A DNA stretch of 64,000 nucleotides from Isurus oxyrinchus (Eukaryota), in NCBI GenBank assembly GCA_026770705.1, contig JANJGN010000007.1, positions 13,640,001-13,704,000 of the forward strand, written 5' to 3'. The translations under genes and the position numbers were made by a program. Positions 12,631 to 25,700 of the stretch are shown here, in pieces. Position 1 is the stretch's first letter. Each line of letters opens with the position of its first letter. The notes under the pieces are model-generated. The model saw only the letters and a list, made by a program, of their open reading frames with translations. It was not told where the DNA came from and searched no databases.

Positions 12631-13819
12631 GCATGGAAATTGAGAAAAGAAATCTGCACCTCTTTCCCCTGGCACGTTGTGCCCAGGGAATTGGGTAAAC
12701 GACTCTGGAATAACAAAGGAAAATCAACTTCCTCATAACCAAGCAGAGAAGTGAGCCCAACATGGCCAGCTGAGTTCATCTGGCAGCTGAAGCTGGGATT
12801 AAAACTCCAGCCTTTTGATTAGGTTGTCCCAAGGATCTAAAAGTAAAGCTCATACTCTCATCAGTATTGCATTTCCACCCACTATTCTCTCCATCTGTTG
12901 CTGCACAAAATAAATGTCTTTTGTAAGGTAGTTTGATATGAATGGTGGGCCTTTATTAAAACCAGATCTCTTTCTGAGATATTTATTTCCCTTATGCTGT
13001 GGTTAAAGATGGATTTAGCATTGGCCAGGCTCTGGTTTTTAACGTCTCATTCACAAACGGTACTGGCAGGATATCCTAAGGGTCTCGAGGCCGGCTCACC
13101 TCCAACTGAAATAGTGCAGCTGGCTCTTGGTTTCTCTGCGACCCGTGACAAGCAGAGGCTTCAGTGAATGACACATCCTCGTCCCTGGTGTCCTGTGGTT
13201 TGCAGAGTTTGCTTTGCCGAGGTGACATTTGCTTCCACAGGACCATCAACCGCAGAAACCACCGTGACTTGTGGCTGGCCCCCGGTTTCTTCTCCCCTTC
13301 CTCCCTGTGAATCCATTCATTAAACTGCGGACAAGTGCTGGCCAAGATAAGAGAGGGAGAGGGCGTGGCCACCTACACTTCCTCGGGCTGGAGCCTAGTG
13401 CCACCCCCCACTCCCCTCCTCACCCCCCCTCCCCCCCCATCCCACCGCCCACTCCGTCCCCCTCCATTCATGAACATACATCATTCTAGATGAAAGGAGA
13501 AGCTTTAAACCTTTCCGCTGCTAAAATTAGGGCTGGAAGTCAAGACTTCAAAAACAGCAAATGTGGGACCGTTCAAAGATCATTCTCATTTCTTAACACT
13601 TTAAATCCCGATTCTAACTGCTGGCGAGAGTCGTGTGGCTGATGGAGCTGGGGATTGTGGTCGTGGGGGGCGGTGGGTGGGGGGGGGGCGGGCGTGCAAC
13701 AGGAAGGTGGAGATCCAACTGAGTGGTCCTTTACCCAGGCTCCTACTCATGATGCTGAAGAGCCACAGTGAGCCATCGCCGGTCGGCGCCTAGCTAGACC
13801 CGGGGTCTATAGGCAGCGC

Positions 13820-14128
13820 TTGTCATTCCTGCAGATGGCCAAGAACCAGTGTTGGCAAAGGCTGCGCATGAACAGGGAACTTGTCGGTCACATCTGTCAC
13901 TTGCCGCAGGATTTGGCGCCACGAGGACATGGAGGGCATCCACTGCCAGTGGCCATGAAAGTGACCGTGGCGCTCAATTTCCATGCCAGTGGCTCCTTTC
14001 AGGGCTCCACGGGTGACCTCTGTAGGAACTCACAAGCCTCCATCCACAAATGCAACCAGGAGGTCATGGATGCCATCTTCGTGAACTTTGTGCATTTTGC
14101 CCGGGATCAGCTCACATACCCTCCGTGA
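13820..14128 (+). pseudogene. Harbinger transposase N-terminal (HTH) fragment; DDE core not seen
   Basis: RLRMNRELVGHICHL...LPVAMKVTVALNFHASGSFQGSTGDLC.NSQASIHKC..EV.DAI, typical of HARBI1-like proteins. Confidence 0.85.
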
Positions 14129-14759
14129 TAAGGCTCCTGTCATGGACAAGCAGCGATGCCCATAGTCCCTACATTCCAGGAGGATGATGACAACATGCAG
14201 AGGGGACTCTCTATAGACCGTCACATAGTTTATGTGAATGTCTGACTCTGTCTGGCTGGCTGGTACCTTGCTTGCTCTCTGTGAACAGGGTCATATCGTG
14301 GAGATGCAGCGGGGAAACTTTAACTTCTCCTGATCCTATGGCATCCTGCGTGAGCTGAACCCTTCAGGATCACACTGTCACCGGACACAGATGCTGATGA
14401 GATGTGGGCCAGCTGAGAGCGCACAGAGAGAAAGATGGAACTCTGTGCCGCCGGCCCAGGACATTCTGGCAGCAATGATAAGCCCCATCGAGGTACAGGC
14501 ATGACTGATGTGACCAGTGACTGTGAAGGCGCAGCATCAGTGTGCTGGGAAGTTTGTACAAAATGCAGGGAAGAGGCATTGGACTGAGACACCTGCCTTT
14601 ATCTTGTGCAGGGTCCAAGATTTCACATCTGACTGACACGAACCCTGCTCATCTGAACAGGAGCCATAGGCAGGGAGACATTCTTGCGAGTTTATTTATA
14701 ATAGTGAACATTATATACAAGTGATTAACACCCGTGTCCAGGCTGTGCAGCTACATCTT

Positions 14760-16435
14760 CTTAACCTTCCTAACCCTGCCACTACAGCTTGGTGCTCCCC
14801 CAACATCCACAGTGGAGGTGGAGGCTGCCTGCTGACTGCTATCCCCTGTCTGTGATGACCTTGACGGGTGTCTTCTAGATGCCTGAGAGCTGGAGGGCCT
14901 CAGCCTGTTTTCAGGGCCCTGCTGTGTGGCAGTAGTACCTCCTTGGCCTGTAGAGCTGGAGCTGCTGGGGTCAGAGGAAGAGGGGATTTGGATGGGCTGG
15001 ACACTCCCGGAGTCACCTGGGCAGATGGCCCCGGGGTGTGCACATGTTTATCCTCCTCCCTATGGGTAGCTGAGGGGCCCTGGCTCACTTCTTGAAGGGA
15101 AGAGGAAGCTGGAGTGAGATCGAGCTGCCCCGGTCCCCTCTCTTGTTGACAGTGTTGGAGGCCAACAATGGCATAAGTGATGGAGTTCAGCCTGCACAGA
15201 AGTGCAGGACCAAGGTCTCCATGATGGCTACCATCCTGCTAATGTTGACCTTTGTGTGTGGGCATGACAACACTGTCACCTCAGACTGAAGGCGGATGGA
15301 CACCTCCACCATGCCTTGCAATCTGAAGAGTGCAGCTGCCACCCCTTCCTGCTGTTCCCGTTATTGTTGCTGAGGCTCCAACAACTGAGTGAGGACTTAC
15401 TCAGCAGATTCCTTGCCTCCAGTGGTCCTCTGAATGCTGACAACCTCGGGTGTCCCTGCCTCCGCCTGCTGTGGAACAGGTTGTGTGCTGTGCTCACTAG
15501 ACAGTGAACCTGAGCCTGCTGTATATGTAGGTCCCATCGAGGTGTGTAACGCTGTGTTAGTGGAGGGCGTGGGTGAGCACTGTGACAGGTCTTCCAGGGT
15601 GCTCTCTCAGTGTCCTCATCCGAGCAGCTGTCGTCACTCGAGTCGGGGCCAAGGTTGCCTGAGGGCGACTTGGCAGATGCGCCTATGAGAGAAAGCAGAG
15701 ATTATAGTGCATGGCCGCTGCGGTACACAGAACAGTGGACTCACAGTTGAATTGCCAGAGGGATGATCTGGTGCATGATCCTCACTTGGATGCCTGGCGC
15801 CCACCTCACCTTCGCTGCAGGAATGGTCCACTTCGCCTCCGGCCAGCTCTAATACGTGATCTTCGAAGGGAGTTGAGGACCTTTTTGTTCGGCACTCCAC
15901 CCCTGCACTGGGTCCTCCCCCTTTTATTGTGCGCAACCTTGTCCTGCACAAAGATTGATGGAGTGAGTGTGAGTAAGGCGCATTTCCAGCCATATGAGCA
16001 GGTTGCCAGGCGTGCGTGTGTGCTGAGTTGGAGCCATGGGCGGGTTGAGGGGGTGATTCCCAGAGGAGATGAGGCCAGATGGAGATGTGAGGGTGTGTGT
16101 GAGAGAGTGAGTGATGATGCCACTTGAGCTGGCAGTGAGTGATGTGTGATGGGCATGTGAGTTTAGAATGATGAGATGGTTGACTCACCCTGGTGGCACG
16201 GGTGAGATCGTTCATCCTCTTTCTGCACTAGGTGGCCAACTTCTTGTGGGCAGTGTTGGCACTGACCACCGCTGCCACCGCCTCTCAAGCCGGATTGGTG
16301 ATGTTGCTGTCCCTGCTGCAGCCAGAGTGGGGGTAGAAGACATTATGGAGGGCCTCCGTGGCATCCAAATGACCTTCCAGGATGTGTTACTGAATCGGAA
16401 GGCTGCAGCCTTCTTGCCTTTCTGGGCCCATCTTC
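14760..16435 (-). pseudogene. Harbinger Myb/SANT-like accessory gene remnant with introns
   Basis: EAVAAVVSA......A..CRKRMNDLTRATR, then gtgagt donor near 16188, acceptor ctttgtgcag, then DKVAHNKRGRTQCRGGVP; frameshifted. Confidence 0.7.
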
Positions 16436-17349
16436 TGTGCAGCAGTCCAGGGCTGGAAGCACTGAGAGGTGTGCACGCGGCTGCACTTTAAATATGACAC
16501 CCGGCCTGAGGAAGTGGCGAGGTGATGTCGTGGCAGGCAAATCGGAAATGGCGTGCTTCCTGGGAATGCATGAATAATGAGGCGGGATTGGGATGATACG
16601 GCCTGAAAAGCCGCCATTGCAGCCAGCAGGTAGAAAGTCCTTTCTCCCTCCTGCTACTGCACTTAGAGCAAACCTGGGACGAATCCACCCTATCTGTCTT
16701 GCCCACTCTCACACCCACTCCTGCCAGGATTGAATGTTCCGCATGTTAACTCGTTTTCAATAAAAGCCCGATTGGATAGAAGAATAAAAGAGGGAGAAGA
16801 GCAGAAGAGAAGGGAGAGGGAGAAAGAGAAGCAGATGAGGAAGGAAACAGAGAGAGAAGTAGCAGTATGAAAATGACAAGGCAGGTAAGGGAGAGTGCCT
16901 GACCTCTACCATGTGAGATACCACATTATATAGCCATACATTCAGGCTATCAACTATTCCACTCAAGCATTGCAACACCATGAACAACATCATGGGAGAA
17001 TCAACACAGACCAGGGATTGGCCCTGGGACTTTCCTATAATGTATAGTATCAATTGACACTGATTTTGAAGGTTGCAGGTTCAAACCCAAACCCAACACT
17101 CAAGCACAAAATCAAGGGCAACTTGTGCTTAAACAGCTTAGCACTTTTATTAAAATGGCAAACAGAGGGGATTTTGTGATCAACACGTGACTTTTAGTAC
17201 TAAAATTGCCTAAATAGCTCTTTGTTACATTATCCGTTTGTCACCCATTGACAAAGAGGGGTGGGCGATACACGAAATGTAGAGTTGATCTTATTGAATA
17301 TTGGGTCAGTAGGAAGTGCTGGCCATAAGTGAGATTGATATTTCTCTTT

Positions 17350-17670
17350 TTTTTTATTCATTCACGGGATGTGGGCTTTGCATTTATTGTCCATCCCTAG
17401 TTGCCCTTGAGAGGGTGGTGACGAGCGGCCTTCTTGAACGCTGCAGTCCATGTGGTGTAGATACACCCATAGTGCTGTTAGGAAGGGAGTTCCGGGATTT
17501 TGACCCAGCAACAGCGAAGGAATGTTGATATATGAGTGGCTTGGAGGGGAACTTCCAGGTGATGGTGTTCTCATGTGTATGCTGCCCTTGTCCTTCTAGA
17601 TGGTAGTGGTCGTGGGTTTGGAAGGCGCTGTCGAAGGAGTCTTGGTGTATTCCTGCAGCGCATGCTGGAA
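17350..17670 (-). mobile_element. CR1-group LINE 3' end
   Basis: Same family as 11865-12630. Confidence 0.8.
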
Positions 17671-18004
17671 CGTGCTGATGGGATTTATAAAGGTTAGAAG
17701 GTCAGCAGCAGGAAGGGCTCGCTGTTCAGTGCAAAATTCCATTACTCTCATTTTAAAGATGCTTTGGACCAGCTTCAAGAGCTCTAGTTATTTCTGTGGC
17801 TACCTCTCTGACCTAGATCCCTGCCAAAGTCAAGGGTTTAGTCTCAGAGCTTCCTATGAATGCTGTCTGCCAGCACAAAGTTCAGCTCGAACAGTACTTA
17901 ATCAGACCACTGGATGGAGTACTACACAGATGGAAAGAAAGATCTTGCATTTATCTAGCGCCTTGTTAGGTCTATGCAATGTCACTGAGTGCTTCAAGTC
18001 CAAT

Positions 18005-18450
18005 GAAAGAAAAAAGAAAGAATCGCTTTTATATAGCACTTTTCACGATCACCAGATATCTCGAAGCGCTTTATCGCTAATGAAGTACTTTTTAAAGTGT
18101 AGTCAGACTTATGATGTAGGAAACGCAGCAGCCAATTTGCACACAGCAAGCTCCCACAAACAGCAGAGTGATATTGACCAGTTAATCTGTTGTGATGTTG
18201 ATTGAGGGATAAATATTGTCTCGGACACCAGGGAGAAGTCCCCTGCTCTTCTTCAAAATAGTGCCATGGGATCTTTTATATCCAACCAAGCAGGCAAACA
18301 GGGTTTGGGTTTAATGTCTTGTAGCACCACCTACAGTGCAGCACTCCCTCAGTGCAGCACTGATTTTTGCACTCAAGTCCTGGAGTGGGACTTGAACCCA
18401 GGAAACTGGAGACACAAAGGCAAGAGTGTTAGCCATCAAGCCATGCCTGA
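18005..18450 (-). mobile_element. tRNA-derived SINE with L2-like tail
   Basis: ggagtgggacttgaaccc head (reverse complement) and gcacacagcaagctcccacaaacagc core. Confidence 0.85.
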
Positions 18451-19351
18451 CAATGCATGACCATTGGGGCCCTGTTATGTAGGCAAATATACAGGTTAAA
18501 CTGAAAGGGAATGATTGATAAAGAAAAGGAAAGAAAGAAAGGAAACTGAAAAAGAAATATGGAAGAAAAGAGGAAAAAAACCCAAAACCTGCACTGAGTA
18601 AAGTGTCTATAAATGTCCCAAAGTGTCTTATAGCCTATGATGTACTTCTTAAGTGCAGGTAATTCCTAAATGTAGTGATGTCTCCATTTTGAGAGCTGCT
18701 TTCCTCATGGGTCAGCGTGACTAAGCAAGTACAGTAGCTAATGGGGTCTGGACCATCCTAATATCGCAGGGATGTATCTGATGGTTAAACAACTTGCAAA
18801 AAGAAAGCATGAAACGTAGAAGTTAAAAGGTCAGTATTATTCTCCTCCCACTTTCTCTCCCCATAGCGTGTGGGCCCTGCAGTCAGCCTGATTGCACGGC
18901 TGCTAGCTGTCCCCCAGCACCTCGCCTTTATGGACACTCTTCATCTGTAAGCCTAAACAGGGAGTGTCAGTAGGCTGGTCAACACTGAAGGGTATCCTAA
19001 CTGCCCGACTCTGTCTTCACCCCAGGTAAGTATGTGACAGAGGCCTTTAGACAATGGGCAAGAGCTGGAATAGTGCCCGGTTTCCTCTCACCTTCGACTG
19101 GGAGATTGATGCCAATTGTAGTGCCTTTGTGATTTAGTGGTTCGATTGGATAATAGAGCGTAAATCAGCAAACAAACTGGACTGTAGAGTTCACCTCCAG
19201 AGTCTTATGCTAATTAACTAATGAAGGGCCTGAGGTTGACACTTGACACAAAAATCCAAGTACCTTTTGAAAGGGTGACCATTAAAATGCTAGTATGTGC
19301 ATGTGATTCTTCAGATTTCTTTGTGGCACTGGAGGGACTGTCAGCTTTTGA

Positions 19352-19591
<240 letters not shown>

Positions 19592-19714
19592 TGAGGGTAT
19601 CTACTCTTTATTTTCATCATATTACTTCTTCTGAAGGTACCCCTGGCTGTTAGGGCATGATCAGTGGCTGCAGCCTGGCACCATCTCAGTGGTCATTCCC
19701 CATGTGTGTGAGGC

Positions 19715-20030
19715 TTAGCAGGGAGGGTTGTCAATGAGGGTTGTCAGTGAGGATTGGCGTGTGGGTTGGCAGTGAGCATCAGCAGTGAGGATTGGCAGCA
19801 TGGTTTAGCAGCATAGGTTGATATTGAGGGTGGGCAGTGTGGGTTAACATTGAAGGTTGGCAGTGAGGGTTAACAGTGAGGGTTGGCAGTGAGGGTTGGC
19901 AATGAGGGTTAATGGTGAGTGTGACAGTGATGATTGACAATGAGGATTGACAGTGAGGATTAACAGTGAGGGTTAACAGTGAGATTTAATGGTGAAGGTG
20001 ACAGTGAGGGTTAACAGTGAGGGTTAACAG
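19715..20030 (+). repeat. 13-bp minisatellite (CAGTGAGGGTTGG / CAGTGAGGGTTAA)
   Basis: More than 20 degenerate tandem units in the last coding intron of C3orf18. Confidence 0.92.
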
Positions 20031-20799
20031 TCTATTCAGTTAGTGAGATGTGCCATAGTCAACCCCATAATCAGACTAGCTGAAATGCCCATTTTTGATA
20101 AAGCCACAATGCCTTTGCTTGATAGGGTGAAGTGAGTGTTAGAGAATTGGCCACCATTTTAATCCCTCCTGATATTGAGTGAAGTCATTGGAGATAAAAA
20201 TCGAGATGGATGTAAAGTGGGTAGGGCCCATTCACAATCACCCGATTGGGACTATCATCCATGGGAAAGGTGAGGTCATTCATTTGGGACATATATAGAA
20301 CCTAATATCCAAGGAACTAGGAACAGTGCCGGAGCAGTGACATTTAGAGGTTGAAGCACAGGAATGGTTGAGACATGAGGGGCTGAATAACATGCTACTG
20401 TTCCTGCATTCCTAAAGTTAAAATCTACCCCAATGAGTATATATTGCAGGGGTAATTAAGGTCCCATCTCTACATAATGGCTGGCCGTGGAACATTGAAC
20501 ATTCCAGTTGTCAGCTTGCTGAGGTGGGCACTTCACGGTTGGATTTTGTTGTGAATTTGCAGGTAAAAGCTTGAAATGCAAATGCAACAAATAACATTTA
20601 AAATGGCCACTTCACTGCTTCCTCAATATTGGAAATGGTTGAACATGAGGAGGGTGAAACTTCCCATACATTTTAAGAGTTAACAAAAAATGTATGGAGT
20701 CTGCCAGAGTGACTATCAATCAGAAAATCCAGTGGAGGCAGTGGAGGGGCGAATTTGACTCGTTGCTAAGTGACTCATTTCCATGTTCCATTCTCCTAG

Positions 20800-20880
20800 A
20801 TTCTGATGCCAAGTCAAGGATCCTTGCAGAGGCCCAGCAGACTTGTGTTCACTGATGTGGCCAATGCCATTCATGCCTGA
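20800..20880 (+). CDS. C3orf18: C3orf18 homologue, last coding exon
   Basis: ttctcctag|ATT CTG... translates ILMPSQGSLQRPSRLVFTDVANAIHA*. The C-terminus RPSRLVFTDVANAIHA is characteristic of C3orf18 rather than SMIM29. Confidence 0.95.
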   Translation: MLMPSQGSLQRPSRLVFTDVANAIHA

Positions 20881-21844
20881 GCATTACTGAATTCGGCTTC
20901 AAGCTCCAACTGAGAGGGACAATATGTGCATGGTCGTGTGATGTACTTCCAGTCATATATACATTCCTATATATGGCCTGTCCACCCCCCCCCACCAGAT
21001 CTCCAAGTCGTTGGTCACTCTTAGTCACTTTGGGTAACTTCCATATGCACATTGCAAGAGAAAGGTTTGTTCTGGACAGGGAGGGAGAGGGCAGATGGGA
21101 AATCTTCGGGTGGTTTGAGATTTACAATGAGGGTGAATGGAACAGTGAATCATGCTTATTAGTCTGTTACTGAATTAATTTGTTTTTGTGAATTCCATTC
21201 ATTTCCTTTTGAGACACTGGACTGAATTTTGAGGGCCCTCGCTTGGTGGAAAAGAGGTGCTAGCCATTTGGGCCCTTCCTTCCCTGCCATCACCCCCAAA
21301 AATCGCAGGAAAAAGATTCACACTCCCGTTCACTCTTAATGTGGCAATCCTCCCATCCCACATCCTGACCCCACCACTGGTCGGATGGAATGCCTCGCCG
21401 AGGTCCATCTAAAGTGCAAACAGGGCGCCCTACGACGGACAAATAAACCCTGTTGGCCCCCCACTCCCCACCCATAGCAGAGGATTGGACTGGGCTTAAG
21501 CCGCACACAACCATATAAAGATGAAGATTTCACATTCTTTTTTGTGGGGGCTTCTGCAGACACTACAGAAATACTGAGGGCTCCTGCCTTGCCCTCCCCT
21601 CTCCATTCTGCCCCAGGTTGTCCTAAGGGGCAGGGAGGTGGATTTGGGTACAGGGTGTGCTAATGCAGAGGTCTCACTACCGCCAGAAGGTCAATTTCAA
21701 AGTAAAAACCGCACCTTTTTTAAGGTTAAGCTAACACCGCTTGACATTTAGCTGCCGTTTAGTATTTATTGGCCAATTTTATTGCTGCACGTTAAACTTT
21801 AGGGGCAACGCCTGCCAGTCACACATGTATCTGGAAATTGTGGG

Positions 21845-22245
21845 CAAATTGTAGCAGCACTCTCATCCCTGAGTCAAAAGAGCAAGGGTTCAAATCCCAC
21901 TCCAGAACTTGAGCACAAAATCTAGGCCTACTAAGGGATTGCTGCAGTGTTGGAGTTTCTGTCTTTCGGATGAGACATTGAACCAATGCCCTGTCTGCCC
22001 TCGCAGATGGACATAAAAGATCCCATGGCACTATTTTAAAGAAGATCAGGGGAGTTCCCCCTGGAATTTATCCCTCAACTAACATCATGAAAACAGATTA
22101 TTTGGTTATTATCACAGTGCTGTTTGTGGGAGCTTGCTGTGTGCAAATTGGCTGCTGCAGTACAATTCCTACAATATAATGGTGACTACATTTCAAAGCA
22201 CTTTGGGATGTTCTGAGTTCATGTTATGTGCTATGTAAATGGAAG
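21845..22245 (+). mobile_element. tRNA-derived SINE with L2-like tail
   Basis: gggttcaaatcccactccag head and the shared core and tail. Confidence 0.85.
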
Positions 22246-22624
22246 TTCATTCTTTGCTATGTAAGAACCTATCCTTTCCTATTGGTTGAGTTACTGAGCT
22301 AGATTTCAGGGTGTCTCTCCAAAATGATGGAAACTCGTTTGAAATAATTGTGAAGCAATGTGAGGGTGTACTGAGAAGCCACAAAACCAGGACCACATCC
22401 AAATGACTCTGCCACTCCTTCCCATTTAGATCCCTAGCCTCTATTATTAGTGTCTCATTGCAGGTGAAGCTACTTTCATGCACCCTATTTACAAATTAAC
22501 TGTATTTTATTTTTTCACTGTGAATTTTGAAAGATGTTCATGCACCACAGATTATTTGTTGCATGTTTTAATTGCTACTGATCGCCAGCCACTCCAGCCT
22601 TCCTGGCCAATGCTAAGTCCTCCA

Positions 22625-24770
22625 TTCTTTGATTACAAAGCCAATCACATTGGTATGAGGGAAGAACTGGCTAAGGTTGATTGGGTTAATAGACTGAAAG
22701 GTATGGCCAAAGGTAAATAACCAGTGGGGAACATTTAAAGAAACAATGCAAAATATTAAAAAAAAACATTCCACTGAAAAACAAATATTTAGCAAGAAAG
22801 ACCCATCCGTGGCCTACTCAAGAGGCTAAGGCTAGTATTAGGTTAAAATAAGAGGCATATAAGGTTACAAAGAATGGTGGTGAGTCTGAGGACTGGGAGT
22901 GTCTTAGAAACCAGCAAAAGACCACCAGAAAGTTGATATAAAGGGGATTAGTAGAATATGTGAGCAAGCTAGCTGTGAATATAAAAACAGATTCTAAAAA
23001 CTTTAATAAATATATAAAAAGGAAGAGAGTAGCTAAAGTAAACATTAGTCCCTTGGCAGCAGTGACAGCGGAAATTATTATGGGGAATGAGGAAATGGTG
23101 AAGACATTGAATAAATATTTTGTGTCCGTCTTCATTGTACAAAACACCAATATTAGAGGGTAACCAAGGTGAGAAAAAGAGTGATGAAATTAAGGAAATC
23201 AGTATCAGCAGTGAAAAAGTACTGAAGAAAATCAAGGGACTAAAATCTGACAATTCCCCAGGATTTTGTGGCCTCCAGCCTAGGGTACTAAAAAGAGGTA
23301 GCTGCCGAGACAATGGACACTCTGGCTATGATTTTCCAAAATCCCCTAGATTCTGGAATGGACCCAGCAAATTGAAAGTTAGCAAATGTGACACCGCTAT
23401 TCAAGAAAGGAGGGAGAGAGAAAACAGGGAACTACAGGCCAGCTAGCCTGACATCAATCGTCAGGAAAGTGTGGGAATCTATTATTAAGGAAGTCTTAAC
23501 AATGCACTTAGCCAATCATAGTTTGATCAGATAAAGCCAATATGGTTTTATGAAAAGGAAATCTTGTTTGACAAAGTTATTAGTTTTCTGAGGATGTAAC
23601 CAGTAAGGTAGATAAAGGGGAACTGGTAGATGTAGTATACCTGGATTTCCAAAAGGCATTCAAAAAGGTGCCACACAAAAGGTTAATAGGCAAGATAAGG
23701 GCTCATGGAGTTGGGGATAATATATTAGCATGGATAGCGAATTGGTTAACAGGCAGAAAGCAAAGACTAGGAATAAATGGGACATTCTCAACCTGGCAGG
23801 CTATAACTAATGGAGTTTCGCAAGGGACCTCAGCTATTTACAATCTATATTAATGACTTAAACAATAAAACAGAGGTTTGCTGATGATGCAAAGTTAGAT
23901 GGAAATGTAAGTTGTGAGGAGGACAAAGAGAGGCTGAAGAGATACAGATTAAGTGAGTGGGCAACAAAATGGAAGATGGAGCATAATGCGGGGAAGTGCA
24001 AGGTTTTTCACTTTCGTTGTAAGAATAGAAAAGCAGAATTTTTTAAAAGGCATGAAATTTGAAAATGTTGATGTTCAGTGAGACTTGGATGTGCTTGTGC
24101 AAGGAGTGCACAAAGTTAGCATGCAGGTATAGCAAGCAAGACAAACGGCATGGTGCCCTTAATGGCAAGAGGATTGGAGTGCAAGAGTAAGAAAGTCTTG
24201 CTACAACTGTACAGGGCTTTGGTGACACCACATCTGGAATACTGTGAGCAGTTTTGGTCTCCATTTTTAAGGAAGGATTGAAGGCAGTACAGCGAAGGTT
24301 CACCATATTGGTCCCTGGGCTGAGATGATAAGAGGCTGAGTAAATTGGGCCAGTGTTCCCTGGAGTTTAGAAGAATGAGAGATGATCTAATTGAAGCATA
24401 GAAGATTCTGAAGGGGTTTGATAGGACAGATTGTTTCTGCTGGCTGGGGAATCTAGAACGTGGGGGCACAGTTTCAGGGTAAGGGGTTGATCATTTAGAA
24501 CTGAGATGAGGACAAATTTCTTCACTCAAACGGTTGTGAATCTTTGGAATTCTCTACCCCAGGGGATTGTGGATGCTGCATTGTTGACTATATTTAAGGT
24601 TGGGATAGAAATATTTTTGGCCTCTCAGGGATTCGAGGAACATGAGGGGTGGGCGGGAAAGTGAATTTGAAGCCAAAGATCAGCCTTGGTCGTATTGAAT
24701 GGTCGAGCAGGCTTGACAGGCCACCTGATCTGCTGCTGCTCCTATCTCTCAAGATCTTGTGTTCTTATTC
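22625..24770 (+). mobile_element. CR1 LINE, 5'-truncated, degenerate ORF2
   Basis: ANVTPLFKKG, NYRP.SLTS, VDVVYLDFQKAF.KVPHKRLI.KIRAHG, FADDAKL motifs with frameshifts; 3' tail present. Confidence 0.95.
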
Positions 24771-25477
24771 TCGTACATGAAGGCCAGTTATCATCCAATC
24801 CTCAATTGCCATTCACTCATTGGCTGGAAACAAGGCTGGAGGCCCAATGCCGGTGTAGTGTCAAACTTCACCATTCAGGCATGGCTATCCAAAGAAAAAT
24901 GGACGTACCCGAATTTCTGCTGCCTCCCCGCACACAATCCCCTGTATTGAGAGTAGCTCAATGTTAACAATAAGAGGGTTGGCAAGTCAATAGTATCAAT
25001 TACACCAGTTGGATCTTTCAGTTATTATGATTGGAATAACATTTCCATGTGCAAAGACTCCTAATATAATAGAACAGTAGCTGTATTAAAGTACCAAAGA
25101 AAGACTTCAGGAGGCTGACGTTGGTTCTTTTTGGTCAATATTTATTTTCTTCCTCTCATCCCCTTCTCTATTTACCCTCTCATCTCTGAAGAGAAAATGA
25201 GAGTGTTGGTTGGGTGTGTGGTTAGAGGCTTATCGTATTGATCATACTATTTTATTCAGAATGAACTCAAGCGCTTCACAAGGACTGGAATGTGCAGCGA
25301 CACTTCCCTGGTGACCAACGTGTCCCATAAAGAGGATAATGTTCATGAACAAACCCCTCATCATCAACGTGGCGGGGATAAAACTGAAAGATCTAGATTG
25401 AAAGGTGAGGATTGTCAGATATGGTACCCAGCCTCTATGCTTACACCCATGCCATACCCCCAGCTGTGAGAGAGCTA

Positions 25478-25700
25478 AAAACAAAAAACTGCGGATGCTG
25501 GAAATCCAAAACAAAAACAGAATTACCTGGAAAAAACTCAGCAGGTCGGGCAGCATCGGCGGAGAAGAAAAGAGTTGACGTTTCGAGTCCTCATGACCTG
25601 TTCTGTTGAAGGGCCATGAGGACTCGAAACGTCAACTCTTTTCTTCTCCGCCGATGCTGCCAGACCTGCTGAGTTTTTCCAGGTAATTCTGTTTTTGTTT
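25478..25700. mobile_element. Palindromic Penelope-like remnant with 13-bp target-site duplication
   Basis: Near-perfect inverted arms of about 90 bp; TGTGAGAGAGCTA on both sides (25465-25477 and 25701-25713). Confidence 0.8.

Larger units (their letters stand above)
13650..16692. mobile_element. Degenerate PIF/Harbinger transposon with convergent transposase and Myb/SANT-like genes
   Basis: Plus strand: HARBI1-like N-terminus. Minus strand: spliced Myb/SANT-like gene. GC/CpG-rich ends. Confidence 0.8.

Noticed and set aside
17600-18205. Longest ORF in the track (201 aa)
   Set aside because: It runs through an antisense LINE, unique sequence and an antisense SINE, with no coherent protein motif.
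25478-25700. Structured RNA gene or CRISPR-like repeat
   Set aside because: The TSD and a second dispersed copy show a mobile-element insertion; there is no repeat-spacer array.
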